In this document: piece after piece, positions 10,351 through 18,157 of the stretch
Position numbering within the stretch: position 1 is the first letter of the stretch
How the letters are laid out: the number at the start of each line of letters is the position of its first letter
UHGV virus genome: UHGV-0468246
Reading direction: 5' to 3' (one strand)
Origin: a virus
Length of the DNA: 64,000 nucleotides
Position numbers and translations under genes: made by a program
The notes under the pieces: generated by a model
The model's input: only the letters and a program-made list of their open reading frames with translations
What the model was told of the DNA's origin: nothing
The model's database searches: none

Positions 10351-10368
10351 CTCGATTATTTAATCGAG
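10351..10368. promoter_or_regulatory. near-palindromic motif CTCGATTATTTAATCGAG (copy 1)
   Basis: Read directly. It contains the TAA stop of 10356..11063. On the minus strand it lies about 36 nt upstream of the TGgTAGAAT extended -10 that drives 9165..10301. Confidence 0.45.
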
Positions 10369-11063
10369 CGGAGACTGTAGAAGTAGAGCCACTGCGTGGC
10401 GTTAAGCTCCTCATCGGAATAAGGGCGCTGCGAGTTGTCGCCGCTCTTGGGGTCGCGGATGCGAACGTCGCCGTCGAAGCTCTGCCACAGCAGCACGACG
10501 TGGCCGCCGTAGCAGTTGCCCTGGCCGCCGAGCTGACCGGTCATACCGGCGAACACCACCGCGCCGTCCGCGCACTCCGCCAGCGCCTCGTCGAGCGTCC
10601 AGTAGATTTCGGAGCCGTCGAGGCCGTAGGCCTCCTCCGCGTACGCGCAGAACTTGCCGGGGTCGTTGACCCCATCGGTCAGGCACGTGTCGCCAACGAC
10701 CGCCGCGAGGTCGCGCGGGTAGGTGATCTGGTTCGTAAGGTACTCTATCGCCATGGCGGCGCACACGAGGCCGCACCCGGCCTGCGAGATCGACGAGCCT
10801 GCGTACTCGATTCCTCCCCACTGCGGGTCGTCCTGAAGGTACAGCGGCATGTTGTAGCCCGTCGGTATGGCCCTCTGGGCCTCTGTGGCGGGCGCTGGGA
10901 GGTCGTTAGCGTCGAAGTCGAGATAGGGTTCATCTTCGAGCCAAACGGGGGTTCTGGGAGGCTCTGCGTCCGTCTGTGGCACATCGGAGAAAACCGAATA
11001 GCCGATGATCGCCGCGAACAGCGCGGCGACCGCCAGACATTTTATGTAGCCGTTTCGTCTCAT
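10356..11063 (-). CDS. secreted papain-like (peptidase C39-like) cysteine peptidase
   Basis: Hydrophobic N-terminal signal/TM segment. Q...C (SQAGCGLVCAAMAIEY)...H arrangement typical of the C39-like fold. The stop codon TAA lies inside the palindromic motif at 10351-10368. Confidence 0.45.
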   Translation of the reverse strand: MRRNGYIKCLAVAALFAAIIGYSVFSDVPQTDAEPPRTPVWLEDEPYLDFDANDLPAPATEAQRAIPTGYNMPLYLQDDPQWGGIEYAGSSISQAGCGLVCAAMAIEYLTNQITYPRDLAAVVGDTCLTDGVNDPGKFCAYAEEAYGLDGSEIYWTLDEALAECADGAVVFAGMTGQLGGQGNCYGGHVVLLWQSFDGDVRIRDPKSGDNSQRPYSDEELNATQWLYFYSLRSIK

Positions 11064-11096
11064 GGCCGATGATTATACCCCAGCGGGAGCCAAGCG

Positions 11097-11516
11097 TCAC
11101 CCGGTTCGCTCCCACAGCGGCACCGCCACCGACAACGGCATGTTGTTGTGAGGCCGGTTCTGCGCCATGGGCACGTCGTCCCTGTGGTTCTCCTCGTCGT
11201 TGATGAAGCCCCACCCGGAGGTACCGGTGCCTTGGAAGAACTCGACCCCCGACATGCTCGAACCAGAGGCTAGGTTGCACAGGAGCGCGTGCGCATGCCA
11301 CGGAAGCTCCGCAGCGGTGAGCGCGTGCGCGTTCTCCCCGTACCTTCCGCCCGTCCGGTACGTGCCGCCAGCCGCCACGAGGTACACGCCCTCGTCGTGG
11401 CGCTCCCACGTGGTGCCGGGCCACTCCGCGTTCGGGTCGCCCTTGCAGAACACGAACTCGCCGACGGCGTGCGGGCAGTAAACGGAGCGCTTCGGCCCGA
11501 AGAGGATGCTAGTCAC
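11097..11516 (-). CDS. tail collar domain protein, array member A
   Basis: 139 aa. Carries CPHAVG, WPGTTWE and HNNMP...PLWERTG motifs shared with the array. GTG start with GAAGGAGG RBS. Confidence 0.6.
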   Translation of the reverse strand: MTSILFGPKRSVYCPHAVGEFVFCKGDPNAEWPGTTWERHDEGVYLVAAGGTYRTGGRYGENAHALTAAELPWHAHALLCNLASGSSMSGVEFFQGTGTSGWGFINDEENHRDDVPMAQNRPHNNMPLSVAVPLWERTG

Positions 11517-11988
11517 GATGCGCCTCCTTCAGAGCGAGAAGCCCCCCCCCCGACGTGCACTTCCACACGTAGGCTGCGATGTACGGCGGAACGTTGTTGT
11601 GAGGCTTGTCGCCGCCCGTGTAGTAAATCAGGTTCTGCACCCAGTTCGACCACGCCCCCTCCGTGTAGGCCACGGTGCCGTCGTCCACCCTGTAGTCCCC
11701 GGAAGCGCTCATGTTGAACTTCTTCCCGTTCGGATTGTCGGGGGAGTGCGTGTGCCGGGGCATCTCATCGACCGTGAGGACGTGCGCGGCCTCGCCGCCC
11801 GTGCTGCCGACTGCGTACGCTCCGGAGGCCGCGCCCGCGCACACGAACGTCCCGGCGGCCAAAAGCTCCCACTTCGTCCCCGGCCATCTTGCTGACGGGT
11901 CGGTGTCCGACAGCGTGAAGTACAGGTCTCCCGCGTCGTACGGGCACAAGACCGATTTACCGCCGCCGCTCTGAACCTTGACCGTCAT
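11509..11988 (-). CDS. tail collar domain protein, array member B
   Basis: Has the LCPY...WPGTKWEL...GGEAAH...EMP.H.H...HNNVPPY..VWK motifs. The likely start is the ATG giving MTVKVQ. The C-terminal tail is translated through the G10 tract. Confidence 0.55.
   Translation of the reverse strand: MTVKVQSGGGKSVLCPYDAGDLYFTLSDTDPSARWPGTKWELLAAGTFVCAGAASGAYAVGSTGGEAAHVLTVDEMPRHTHSPDNPNGKKFNMSASGDYRVDDGTVAYTEGAWSNWVQNLIYYTGGDKPHNNVPPYIAAYVWKCTSGGGLLALKEAHRD
11542..11551. repeat. homopolymeric tract C10 on plus strand (G10 on coding strand) at the B/A junction
   Basis: Read directly from the sequence. It encodes the GGG in the C-terminal tail of B and lies about 30 nt upstream of the start of A. 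Confidence 0.8.
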
Positions 11989-12009
11989 AGCGGCATCGCC
12001 CCGCACAGA

Positions 12010-12411
12010 TCACGCGGTGCGCCTCCACAGCGGGACGCATACGGAGTACGGCATGTTGTTGTGGGGCTGGCCTCCGCCCGTGTGGACGGAACTGCTGTCA
12101 ATCCAGTTGTTGCCAGAAACAGCGGCGTACCTCCCCGTGTTGCCGCCCTTCGACAGCTCGACGTTCCAGTTGTTGCCGCCGTCGCCGGTGTGGCTGTGGC
12201 TCGGAATCTCCTCGATGGTGAGGATGTGCGAGTTCTCCCCACGGTTCGTGAGCGTCTTGAAGTTGTCGCCGGAAGAGACGAGGTAGGTTGCCTCCTCGTA
12301 TCTGGCCCATGTGGTGCCGGGCCACTCGCCGTTGGGGTCGAACTCGCAGTGCAGCCACGTTCCAACAGGATGCGGGCAGTAGTAGCCCTTCCCCTTGACG
12401 TTAAGCCGCAT
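12010..12411 (-). CDS. tail collar domain protein, array member C
   Basis: Starts MRLNVKGKGYYCPHPVG and ends HNNMPYSVCVPLWRRTA. Complete 133-aa paralog. Confidence 0.65.
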   Translation of the reverse strand: MRLNVKGKGYYCPHPVGTWLHCEFDPNGEWPGTTWARYEEATYLVSSGDNFKTLTNRGENSHILTIEEIPSHSHTGDGGNNWNVELSKGGNTGRYAAVSGNNWIDSSSVHTGGGQPHNNMPYSVCVPLWRRTA

Positions 12412-12844
12412 GGCGCATCACGGAGGCGGCTATGCCCCCCCCCCTGATCGTGCGCAGGTTTATCTTCACGGGCCAATTAGACCCGTTGCAGGTTCCGCCG
12501 ACATCGGAGAACGTCACCTTCGTCCCGGATATGGCGGCCCTCGCGCGCCAAAGGCACGAGTTGCCCCCAATCGCGGTTCCGAAATGGAGGTCTACCGTCT
12601 TGCCGTTCGGTGAGTACACGCGGAAGGTCGGGAGCCAAACGCCGTCGTTGTACATGCAGTCAAATTCAAGCCACTGGTAGCTCGCGGCGCTCGCGCTCAA
12701 CGCGTACACGTTGCCGTTGCTCAAAAGATGGCTGCCGCTCCACAAGGTCGCTACGCCCTGCTTCGAGTACGGGATGGTCGGTATCTGCGCGATGTTGAGC
12801 ACGGGCGTTTGAACGCCGGACGAGTTACGGTACTTCAGGTACAT
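12401..12844 (-). CDS. small beta-rich protein without collar motifs, inside the collar array (possible tip or receptor-binding module)
   Basis: About 147 aa from the internal ATG (MYLKYRN...). No HNNMPPY motif. The C-terminal tail RGGGIAAS is encoded by the G10 tract. Confidence 0.45.
   Translation of the reverse strand: MYLKYRNSSGVQTPVLNIAQIPTIPYSKQGVATLWSGSHLLSNGNVYALSASAASYQWLEFDCMYNDGVWLPTFRVYSPNGKTVDLHFGTAIGGNSCLWRARAAISGTKVTFSDVGGTCNGSNWPVKINLRTIRGGGIAASVMRHAA
12435..12444. repeat. homopolymeric tract C10 (G10 coding) at the D/C junction
   Basis: Read directly. It encodes RGGG in the tail of D and lies about 24-33 nt upstream of the ATG of C. Confidence 0.8.
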
Positions 12845-12864
12845 CTCATGCCTCCTCTCGGAGG

Positions 12865-13293
12865 CTACGCGGTGCGCCTCCACATATCGACGGAAAGGTA
12901 CGGGGGCCTGTTCTCATGCGGCTTGTTCCTTCCGGGGAGCCGAACGTACTTATCTTCCCACTTGACCTTACCGTATTCGCTCGTAATGCCCCAAGCGTCT
13001 GCTCCGCCGCTATTGTCGCGCTGCTTCGATTGCAGATAGATTTGCGGCAAAGCGTCTGCCGACAACGTGACGGAGGCTGCGCCGCCGGTATTGCCGACGG
13101 CGTAATCGCCGGTCGTCGCGCCTCCGCTCGACACGAGGAAGGTGCCCGCAGCGATGCGCGTCCAAGTCGTCCCCGGCCAGAGAGCGGACGGCGTGACGTT
13201 GGATGCGCTGATGTAAACCCCTCCCACCGGGAACGGGCAGAACTGCTGAACGGATGCTCCGTTGCGCCATTTGAGGACGGACAGGTTAGCCAT
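12865..13293 (-). CDS. tail collar domain protein, array member E
   Basis: Has FCPFPVGGVY...WPGTTW...HENRPPYLSVDMWRRTA. ATG giving MANLSV at 13293. Confidence 0.6.
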   Translation of the reverse strand: MANLSVLKWRNGASVQQFCPFPVGGVYISASNVTPSALWPGTTWTRIAAGTFLVSSGGATTGDYAVGNTGGAASVTLSADALPQIYLQSKQRDNSGGADAWGITSEYGKVKWEDKYVRLPGRNKPHENRPPYLSVDMWRRTA

Positions 13294-13314
13294 GCAGACC
13301 ACCGCCCGAAGATG

Positions 13315-13735
13315 CTACGCGGTGCGCTCCCACATGTACACGACGAGGTACGGGGGCATGTTGTTGTGCGACTGCCCCCCCCGCCAAATGCATGACATCG
13401 CTGTCAACCGGGTCGCCCGCCATCATGCCGCGCGATATGCACATTTGTTCTTGCGTTCCGCTGCCGGTGCGCCAATATCCCTGCGTGTCGTGGTTGTGGG
13501 GCGGCATCTCTGCCTTCGTCAAGGTATGCCTCTCCTCGCCGCCGGTCGAGCCTGCCGACTTGGAGCCTGCGGCGTACAGGAACACGTCCTGCAACCTTCT
13601 CCACGTCCCGCCCATGAACGTTGACGGGTCGGTCGCCTTGGTCGAATGGTAGATGCTGCCCACCGGGAAGAACAGGTTCAGGAGCGAGACGGTCGAGCCG
13701 CCCGCCCTCGCCTTGAAGCCGAGCGCGGTGGTCAC
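13315..13735 (-). CDS. tail collar domain protein, array member F (frameshifted at G8 tract: phase-variable or pseudogene)
   Basis: The N-terminal 118 aa are collar-like (FFPVGSIY, GGTW, EMPPHNH). The conserved C-terminus QSHNNMPPYLVVYMWERTA followed by a stop is in the other frame, directly after the G8 tract. It would be in frame with 9 G. Confidence 0.5.
13375..13382. repeat. homopolymeric tract C8 (G8 coding) inside collar gene F
   Basis: Read directly. It separates the N-terminal part of F from its out-of-frame conserved C-terminus. Confidence 0.8.
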
Positions 13736-13756
13736 AAGATCACCGCCTCTCGCTCG

Positions 13757-14167
13757 TTACGAAACCCTCTTCCACATATCGACCGCGAGGTACGGAGGCC
13801 GGTTCTCGTGCGCGCCTCCTTCTCCCGTGTCGCCGGAGAAGGTGTTAGACCAGAACGTGTTGCTGCCGTTGATGAAGTACAGACATGGAGAGCTTCCGCC
13901 GCCCGCGTCGTACCCGTTGTATATGGAGTGCTGGTGGCTCGGAATCTGCGCCGTGGTGAGGGCGACGGAAGCCGCCCCTCCCGTCTTGCCTGCGGCATAG
14001 TCACCCGACGCGACACCGCCGCTCGACGCGAGGAACGTGCCGGAAGCGATGCGCTCCCAAACCGTCCCCGGCCAGAAGCCAGCCGGGTCGATGTTGGAGA
14101 CGTTGAAGTAGACGCTGCCGACGGGCAGGGGGCAGTAATAGCCCGTGCCGACGACTTTAAGCCGCAT
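13757..14167 (-). CDS. tail collar domain protein, array member H
   Basis: Starts MRLKVVGTGYYCPLPVG and ends HENRPPYLAVDMWKRVS. GGGAGGTG RBS. Confidence 0.65.
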   Translation of the reverse strand: MRLKVVGTGYYCPLPVGSVYFNVSNIDPAGFWPGTVWERIASGTFLASSGGVASGDYAAGKTGGAASVALTTAQIPSHQHSIYNGYDAGGGSSPCLYFINGSNTFWSNTFSGDTGEGGAHENRPPYLAVDMWKRVS

Positions 14168-14179
14168 GGGGCACCTCCC

Positions 14180-14595
14180 CTACGCCGTGCGCCTCCAAAC
14201 GAACACGGTTGCGTACGATGGGTAGAACGGTGCCCCCCCCCGGTCGTGCCAGTGGTCGTGCCGGTCTTGGCATCTCCGTCTCCCCATGCGGGCGCGCTCG
14301 CCACTCCGCTCACGTTCCAGCAGAACTTGCCGGTGCTCACGTAGAGATGGCTGTGCGCTGGCATCTGCGACACGCTTATGGTGTCGCTGCCGCCGGTCGC
14401 CCCCGCCTTGGAGGACGCGGAGCCGCCGCGAAGGTACCTGTCGGTCGCGTACAGCGCCCACGTCCCGCCGAGGAACGAGGATGGGTTCTTGTTCTCGTAG
14501 GTGAGGTACGCGCTCCCCACGGGAAAGAACATGTCAAGAAGGGTCACGGTCGCGCCGTTCGCCTTCAGCTTCACGCCATGGGCGGTAACGGTCAT
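14180..14595 (-). CDS. tail collar domain protein, array member G (frameshifted at G9 tract)
   Basis: The N-terminal 118 aa are collar-like. The conserved end APFYPSYATVFVWRRTA is in the frame of track ORF 14180..14461. It would be in frame with 10 G. The 287-aa track ORF 13732..14595 is a read-through artefact. Confidence 0.5.
14233..14241. repeat. homopolymeric tract C9 (G9 coding) inside collar gene G
   Basis: Read directly. It separates the N-terminal part of G from its out-of-frame conserved C-terminus. Confidence 0.8.
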
Positions 14596-14613
14596 GCCAT
14601 CACCGCCTTTCGG

Positions 14614-15018
14614 TCATGAGATTCTGCGCCAGAAGTACACCGCAACGTACGGCGGCATGTTGTTGTGGGCGGCATTGCCGCCGACGCTGACGAGCCTTCC
14701 CAGATTGCCGCTCGGGGCGTATCCGTACTCTCCCTGCGCGAACGCCCTGTTCCCGAGGTCTCCGACGATGAGCATGTCGGCTGATGGGTTGTGGTTGTGA
14801 GATGGCATCTCCGAGACGGAGAGCTTATGGGCCGCCTCGCCACCGGTCGCCCCTCCGGCGTACGACGAACCTGCGCCGAGCAGGAACCGGTCTTTCCCGT
14901 AAAGGCTCCACGAGGTTCCGGGCCAATAGGACGACGGGTTGACGTTCTCCGTCGAGATGTAGATGCCGTTCGGCTGGACGGGGCAGTAGCAGCCGTGTCC
15001 GGGGACGTTAAGCCGCAT
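14614..15018 (-). CDS. tail collar domain protein, array member I
   Basis: Starts MRLNVPGHGCYCPVQPNG and ends AAHNNMPPYVAVYFWRRIS. GGGGAGG RBS. Confidence 0.65.
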   Translation of the reverse strand: MRLNVPGHGCYCPVQPNGIYISTENVNPSSYWPGTSWSLYGKDRFLLGAGSSYAGGATGGEAAHKLSVSEMPSHNHNPSADMLIVGDLGNRAFAQGEYGYAPSGNLGRLVSVGGNAAHNNMPPYVAVYFWRRIS

Positions 15019-15042
15019 AGGGCACCGCCTCCCCGCACGGGG

Positions 15043-15470
15043 CTACATTGCGGTTGCCCCCCCCCGGTTCGCTTCCACATGTACACGGCGAGCCAAGGCG
15101 GCATGTTGTTGTGCGCGGCATTGCCGCCGACGCTCGCCGACGCGACGATTGCCGTGTTGCCGGTGTACGCGAAGCCGTTGCCGGGAGAGCCGTCCGTTCC
15201 AGTCCATTGCGGCCACTCGACGTTGTGCGCATGGCTCGGCATCTCGTTCACGGTGAGCTTATGGGCCGCCTCGCCGCCGGTGTTCCCGACCTTGTAGGTG
15301 CCCGAGGCCGCACCGGCCACGAGGAACGTACCGGCTGCGACCAGCTCCCACGTCGTGTCGCCCCAGCGCGTCGCCGGGTTGACCGCCGACATGGTTACGT
15401 ACACGTCTCCGACCGCGTACGGGCACAGGTTCTTCTTAGCGCCGTTCTGGCTGTATGAGAGGGCGGTCAT
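15043..15470 (-). CDS. tail collar domain protein, array member J2 (3' end depends on G-tract length)
   Basis: Starts MTALSYSQNGAKKNLCPYAVGD and runs to AAHNNMPPWLAVYMWKRT, followed by the G9 tract. With 9 G the frame reads through gene I to 14592. With 10 G it stops at about 15043. Confidence 0.45.
15057..15065. repeat. homopolymeric tract C9 (G9 coding) at the 3' end of J2, upstream of I
   Basis: Read directly. It follows the VYMWKRT motif. Its length decides whether J2 terminates or reads through gene I. Confidence 0.8.
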
Positions 15471-15486
15471 GCGACCACCCCCCGCG

Positions 15487-15914
15487 CTACGCCGTCCTCT
15501 TCCAGACGTTGACGGAGATGTGGAGCGGGTAGTAGTCCGCCCCCCCCCTGTTGCGTTCGTCCATGCGTCGAACGTGTATAGCGAATCTTCGACAACGCCG
15601 GAAAGGGCGAAGTTCTCGCTGCCTTCCACGTTCTCCCTCAACGTGGTCGTGACAGACCTTGTTCCCGAATGGATGTGCGACGGCATCTGGCCGACGCTTA
15701 TCTTCTTCGAGCCGCCTACGGCACCAGCCGCAGCGTACCCAGCCGTCCCGGCGCACGCGAGCACGCCGCCCGTCAGCTTCACCCACGTGCCGCCGAAGAC
15801 GGTGTTCGGGTCTTCCGAGCCGACGGTGAGGTAAAGGCTGTTCACCGGGCGCACGAGGTCGAGCATCGTCTTGTCGATGCCGCCCTCCAGATGGAACCCG
15901 CTCAATCTTGCCAT
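15487..15914 (-). CDS. tail collar domain protein, array member J1 (frameshifted at G9 tract)
   Basis: The N-terminal 122 aa are collar-like. The conserved end ADYYPLHISVNVWKRTA is in the frame of track ORF 15487..15786. It would be in frame with 10 G. AGGAGG RBS. A TGcTATCAT extended -10 lies upstream. Confidence 0.5.
15540..15548. repeat. homopolymeric tract C9 (G9 coding) inside collar gene J1
   Basis: Read directly. It separates the N-terminal part of J1 from its out-of-frame conserved C-terminus. Confidence 0.8.
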
Positions 15915-15968
15915 TGCCGCCTCCTGTGTGTCTGACGCTGAAATGATAGCACAGGGCCGGGCGCTCGG

Positions 15969-17060
15969 CTACGCCGCCTTCTCGTAGCGGAAGAAGTGCG
16001 TCCAGCCGCCGGAGATTTTCACCACGGAGATTTCATCGCCCGTCTGGTCTCCGCCCTGCCCGTATATGCCGCCGTCCTCCGCGCTGTGAGCGCCCGCCGT
16101 CTCTCCGTTGCCGATGTACCATTCCGTGTGCGCTGCGCGCCACATGATGTCGCCGCGCTTCAGCGAGCCGACGTTGCCGTCGTACGGGTACATCTTCCAT
16201 CCGATGGGCGGAAGAACCTCCTGCATGCGCGTCGTGTTGAACGTCCAGCTTCCAAGCTCCTCGCGCGTCCATCCACCGGCGAGGAGCGAGTAGAAGACCA
16301 ATGACGAGCAGTCGTAATCGGGGTTCCCGTCGCGGTTCCCCTGACTGTACCCGTGGCTGTCGTCGTTGCATATCTGTATGGCCCACTGCACGGCCTTCTC
16401 GACCGCCTCGTACGAAGCGGTTCCCCCTCCGGCTGACGACGAGCCGCCGGAGCCTATGGCGGGGCCTGACGTTTGCAGCATCTTGTAAATCTGGTTCACC
16501 ATGTCCGCGCCTTGGGTGTCGGCCAGCTTGACGCGGTACATCGACGTTGCGAACTCGATCACGTCGTCGGGCAGCTGCCCTATGGCGATCTTCGACGCGT
16601 CCCAGTTGGCGACGTTGGTGAGCACGTTCGCCCCCACGCGCCAGTACTCCTCGTGCGTCTTCCACGTCGAGCTGTTCGTGAACAGGAGCTGCTGCGATTC
16701 GTACAGCCCCGCGTCCCAGTAGAGCGCTTGGAGGCGGTAGAGCGCGCACTTCCCGGACATCTCGAAGTCGGCGTTGTAGAGCCGCCAGAAGTCGCACTTG
16801 GTGATGTACCCGGCGAAGACCGGGTACTCGTCGCCCTTGGACAGGCGTATGACGATTCTGTCCATGGGCGTGAACGCCCCGTTGTACTTGCCGCCCTTGT
16901 TCTGAAGTGACAGGGAGAACGTGGAGCAGCTATCGACGTTCAGGTTTATCTTGAAGCCGGTGATGTCGTCGGTGAGGTCGTACGCGCGCACGGAGCCGTC
17001 CTGCTGGCGCACCGCCACCTCGGCCTTGACCATCGGCGTGTAGGTGAGTATGGCCGTCAT
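15969..17060 (-). CDS. tail-associated cell-wall hydrolase, paralog 2 (shared N-domain plus NlpC/P60- or CHAP-like C-domain)
   Basis: Internal start giving MTAILTYTPMV (the track ORF is N-extended with Arg-rich junk). Shares GADMVNQIY. The C-terminal part has a Cys...His arrangement (DCSSLV...H) typical of papain-like amidases. ATGA overlap with the upstream paralog. Confidence 0.5.
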   Translation of the reverse strand: MTAILTYTPMVKAEVAVRQQDGSVRAYDLTDDITGFKINLNVDSCSTFSLSLQNKGGKYNGAFTPMDRIVIRLSKGDEYPVFAGYITKCDFWRLYNADFEMSGKCALYRLQALYWDAGLYESQQLLFTNSSTWKTHEEYWRVGANVLTNVANWDASKIAIGQLPDDVIEFATSMYRVKLADTQGADMVNQIYKMLQTSGPAIGSGGSSSAGGGTASYEAVEKAVQWAIQICNDDSHGYSQGNRDGNPDYDCSSLVFYSLLAGGWTREELGSWTFNTTRMQEVLPPIGWKMYPYDGNVGSLKRGDIMWRAAHTEWYIGNGETAGAHSAEDGGIYGQGGDQTGDEISVVKISGGWTHFFRYEKAA

Positions 17061-18157
17061 GGCAGAAGCCCCGGCCTGCACGGATAGGCCTCGTCGAGTA
17101 TAACGCCGCCGTTCCAGCCCCACCCGGTGCCCTGCGGCACGTAGGTGTTGCCGGAGTTCACCCATTCCGTCAGCGACCACTCGTGCACGTACCCTATGTT
17201 GTCGAGAACCACGCCGTTGCCGACGTAGATTCCCACATGGCCGTACACGCATCCGGGGTTGCCGGAGTTGTCCCAGCCGTAGCCGAACACGGCTGCTCCG
17301 ACCTTGACCTTGCTCCAATCCGTCGATGCGCCCCACGCCCGCGCCGCCTCGCGCGCCGAAGACTTGCGGGGTATCTTGATTCCGGCAGCGTCGAACACGT
17401 CGTCAACCCACTTCTGGCAGAAGCCGCCCTGCGTGGTTATGCCGTACCTCTCGGAGTTCTTCGCGACCTCGACGATCTTCTTCTGCGCCTCGGTCACGTC
17501 GCCGTCGAACACGTCCCCGCCGAGGCCCCCGATGTCCCCCGTCGCCTCCGTGAAGGTAGGCCCCGACACCTGCAACATCGAGTAGATTTGATTCACCATG
17601 TCGGCTCCCTGCGTGTCGGCCAGCCTCGCATCGTACATCGACAGCGCCCACTCGATGACCTCGGTCGGTATCTGGCCCACGCTGATGCGCTCGGCGGGCC
17701 AACCGGCGACGCTCATCAGGACGTTGGCTGCGGCGCGCCAGTAGCCGCCGTCCTGATCGGAGCTTTCGGCGCTCTGGAAAGTGACAAGCTCGCGAGACGC
17801 GAGAAGGCCGCTGTCCCAGTAAAGGGCCTGCAAGCGCCATAGAACGTCCTTGCCCGTTATGGTGACGGGCTGCGAGTTCAGCATGAACATGGGAACCTTC
17901 GTGACGTAGCCCGCGAGGACTTGGTAGCGGTTCGCCTTGGAGAGGTATATGGCTATCGCGTCCATGGGCTTGAACGCCCCGTCGTACTTGCCGCCGACGT
18001 TCTGAAGCGTGAGCGAGAACGTGGAGCAGCCGTCGGTGTTCAGCGTCACGGAGAAGTCGGTGATGTCGTCGGTGAGGTCGTAGTACTTGTAGCCGTTCGC
18101 CGTCTGCGCCCTCACCTGCGCGCTCACCATCGGCGTGTAGGCGAGTATGGCCGTCAT
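17057..18157 (-). CDS. tail-associated cell-wall hydrolase, paralog 1 (shared N-domain plus CHAP-like C-domain)
   Basis: Starts MTAILAYTPMV and shares GADMVNQIY. The C-terminal part (GFCQKWV...GHVGIYVG) is CHAP-like. Confidence 0.55.
   Translation of the reverse strand: MTAILAYTPMVSAQVRAQTANGYKYYDLTDDITDFSVTLNTDGCSTFSLTLQNVGGKYDGAFKPMDAIAIYLSKANRYQVLAGYVTKVPMFMLNSQPVTITGKDVLWRLQALYWDSGLLASRELVTFQSAESSDQDGGYWRAAANVLMSVAGWPAERISVGQIPTEVIEWALSMYDARLADTQGADMVNQIYSMLQVSGPTFTEATGDIGGLGGDVFDGDVTEAQKKIVEVAKNSERYGITTQGGFCQKWVDDVFDAAGIKIPRKSSAREAARAWGASTDWSKVKVGAAVFGYGWDNSGNPGCVYGHVGIYVGNGVVLDNIGYVHEWSLTEWVNSGNTYVPQGTGWGWNGGVILDEAYPCRPGLLP

Noticed and set aside
10351-10368. The palindromic motif acting itself as a sigma70 -35/-10 promoter (its TTAAAT and TAATCG pieces)
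   Set aside because: Spacing to the nearest -10-like hexamers is 31-36 nt, not 17 nt. It fits better as a transcription-factor site or RNA hairpin.
13732-14595. Track ORF of 287 aa
   Set aside because: After the G9 tract the frame is Arg/Ser/Thr-rich junk that overlaps the intact collar gene H. The real gene G ends at 14180 in the other frame.
13375-15548. Treating F, G and J1 simply as dead pseudogenes
   Set aside because: Each is restored by a single-G change in a long homopolymer, and intact paralogs flank them. Reversible phase variation or homopolymer sequencing error are both more parsimonious than decay. They are kept as CDS with a caveat.
14592-15914. Track ORF of 440 aa spanning the collar region
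   Set aside because: It is a composite of J1 (frameshifted at G9), J2 and read-through into gene I. It is not a single protein.
11097-15914. Diversity-generating retroelement as the explanation for the variable fibre array
   Set aside because: No reverse transcriptase ORF and no template/variable repeat pair were seen in the window. Variation here appears to be homopolymer-based.
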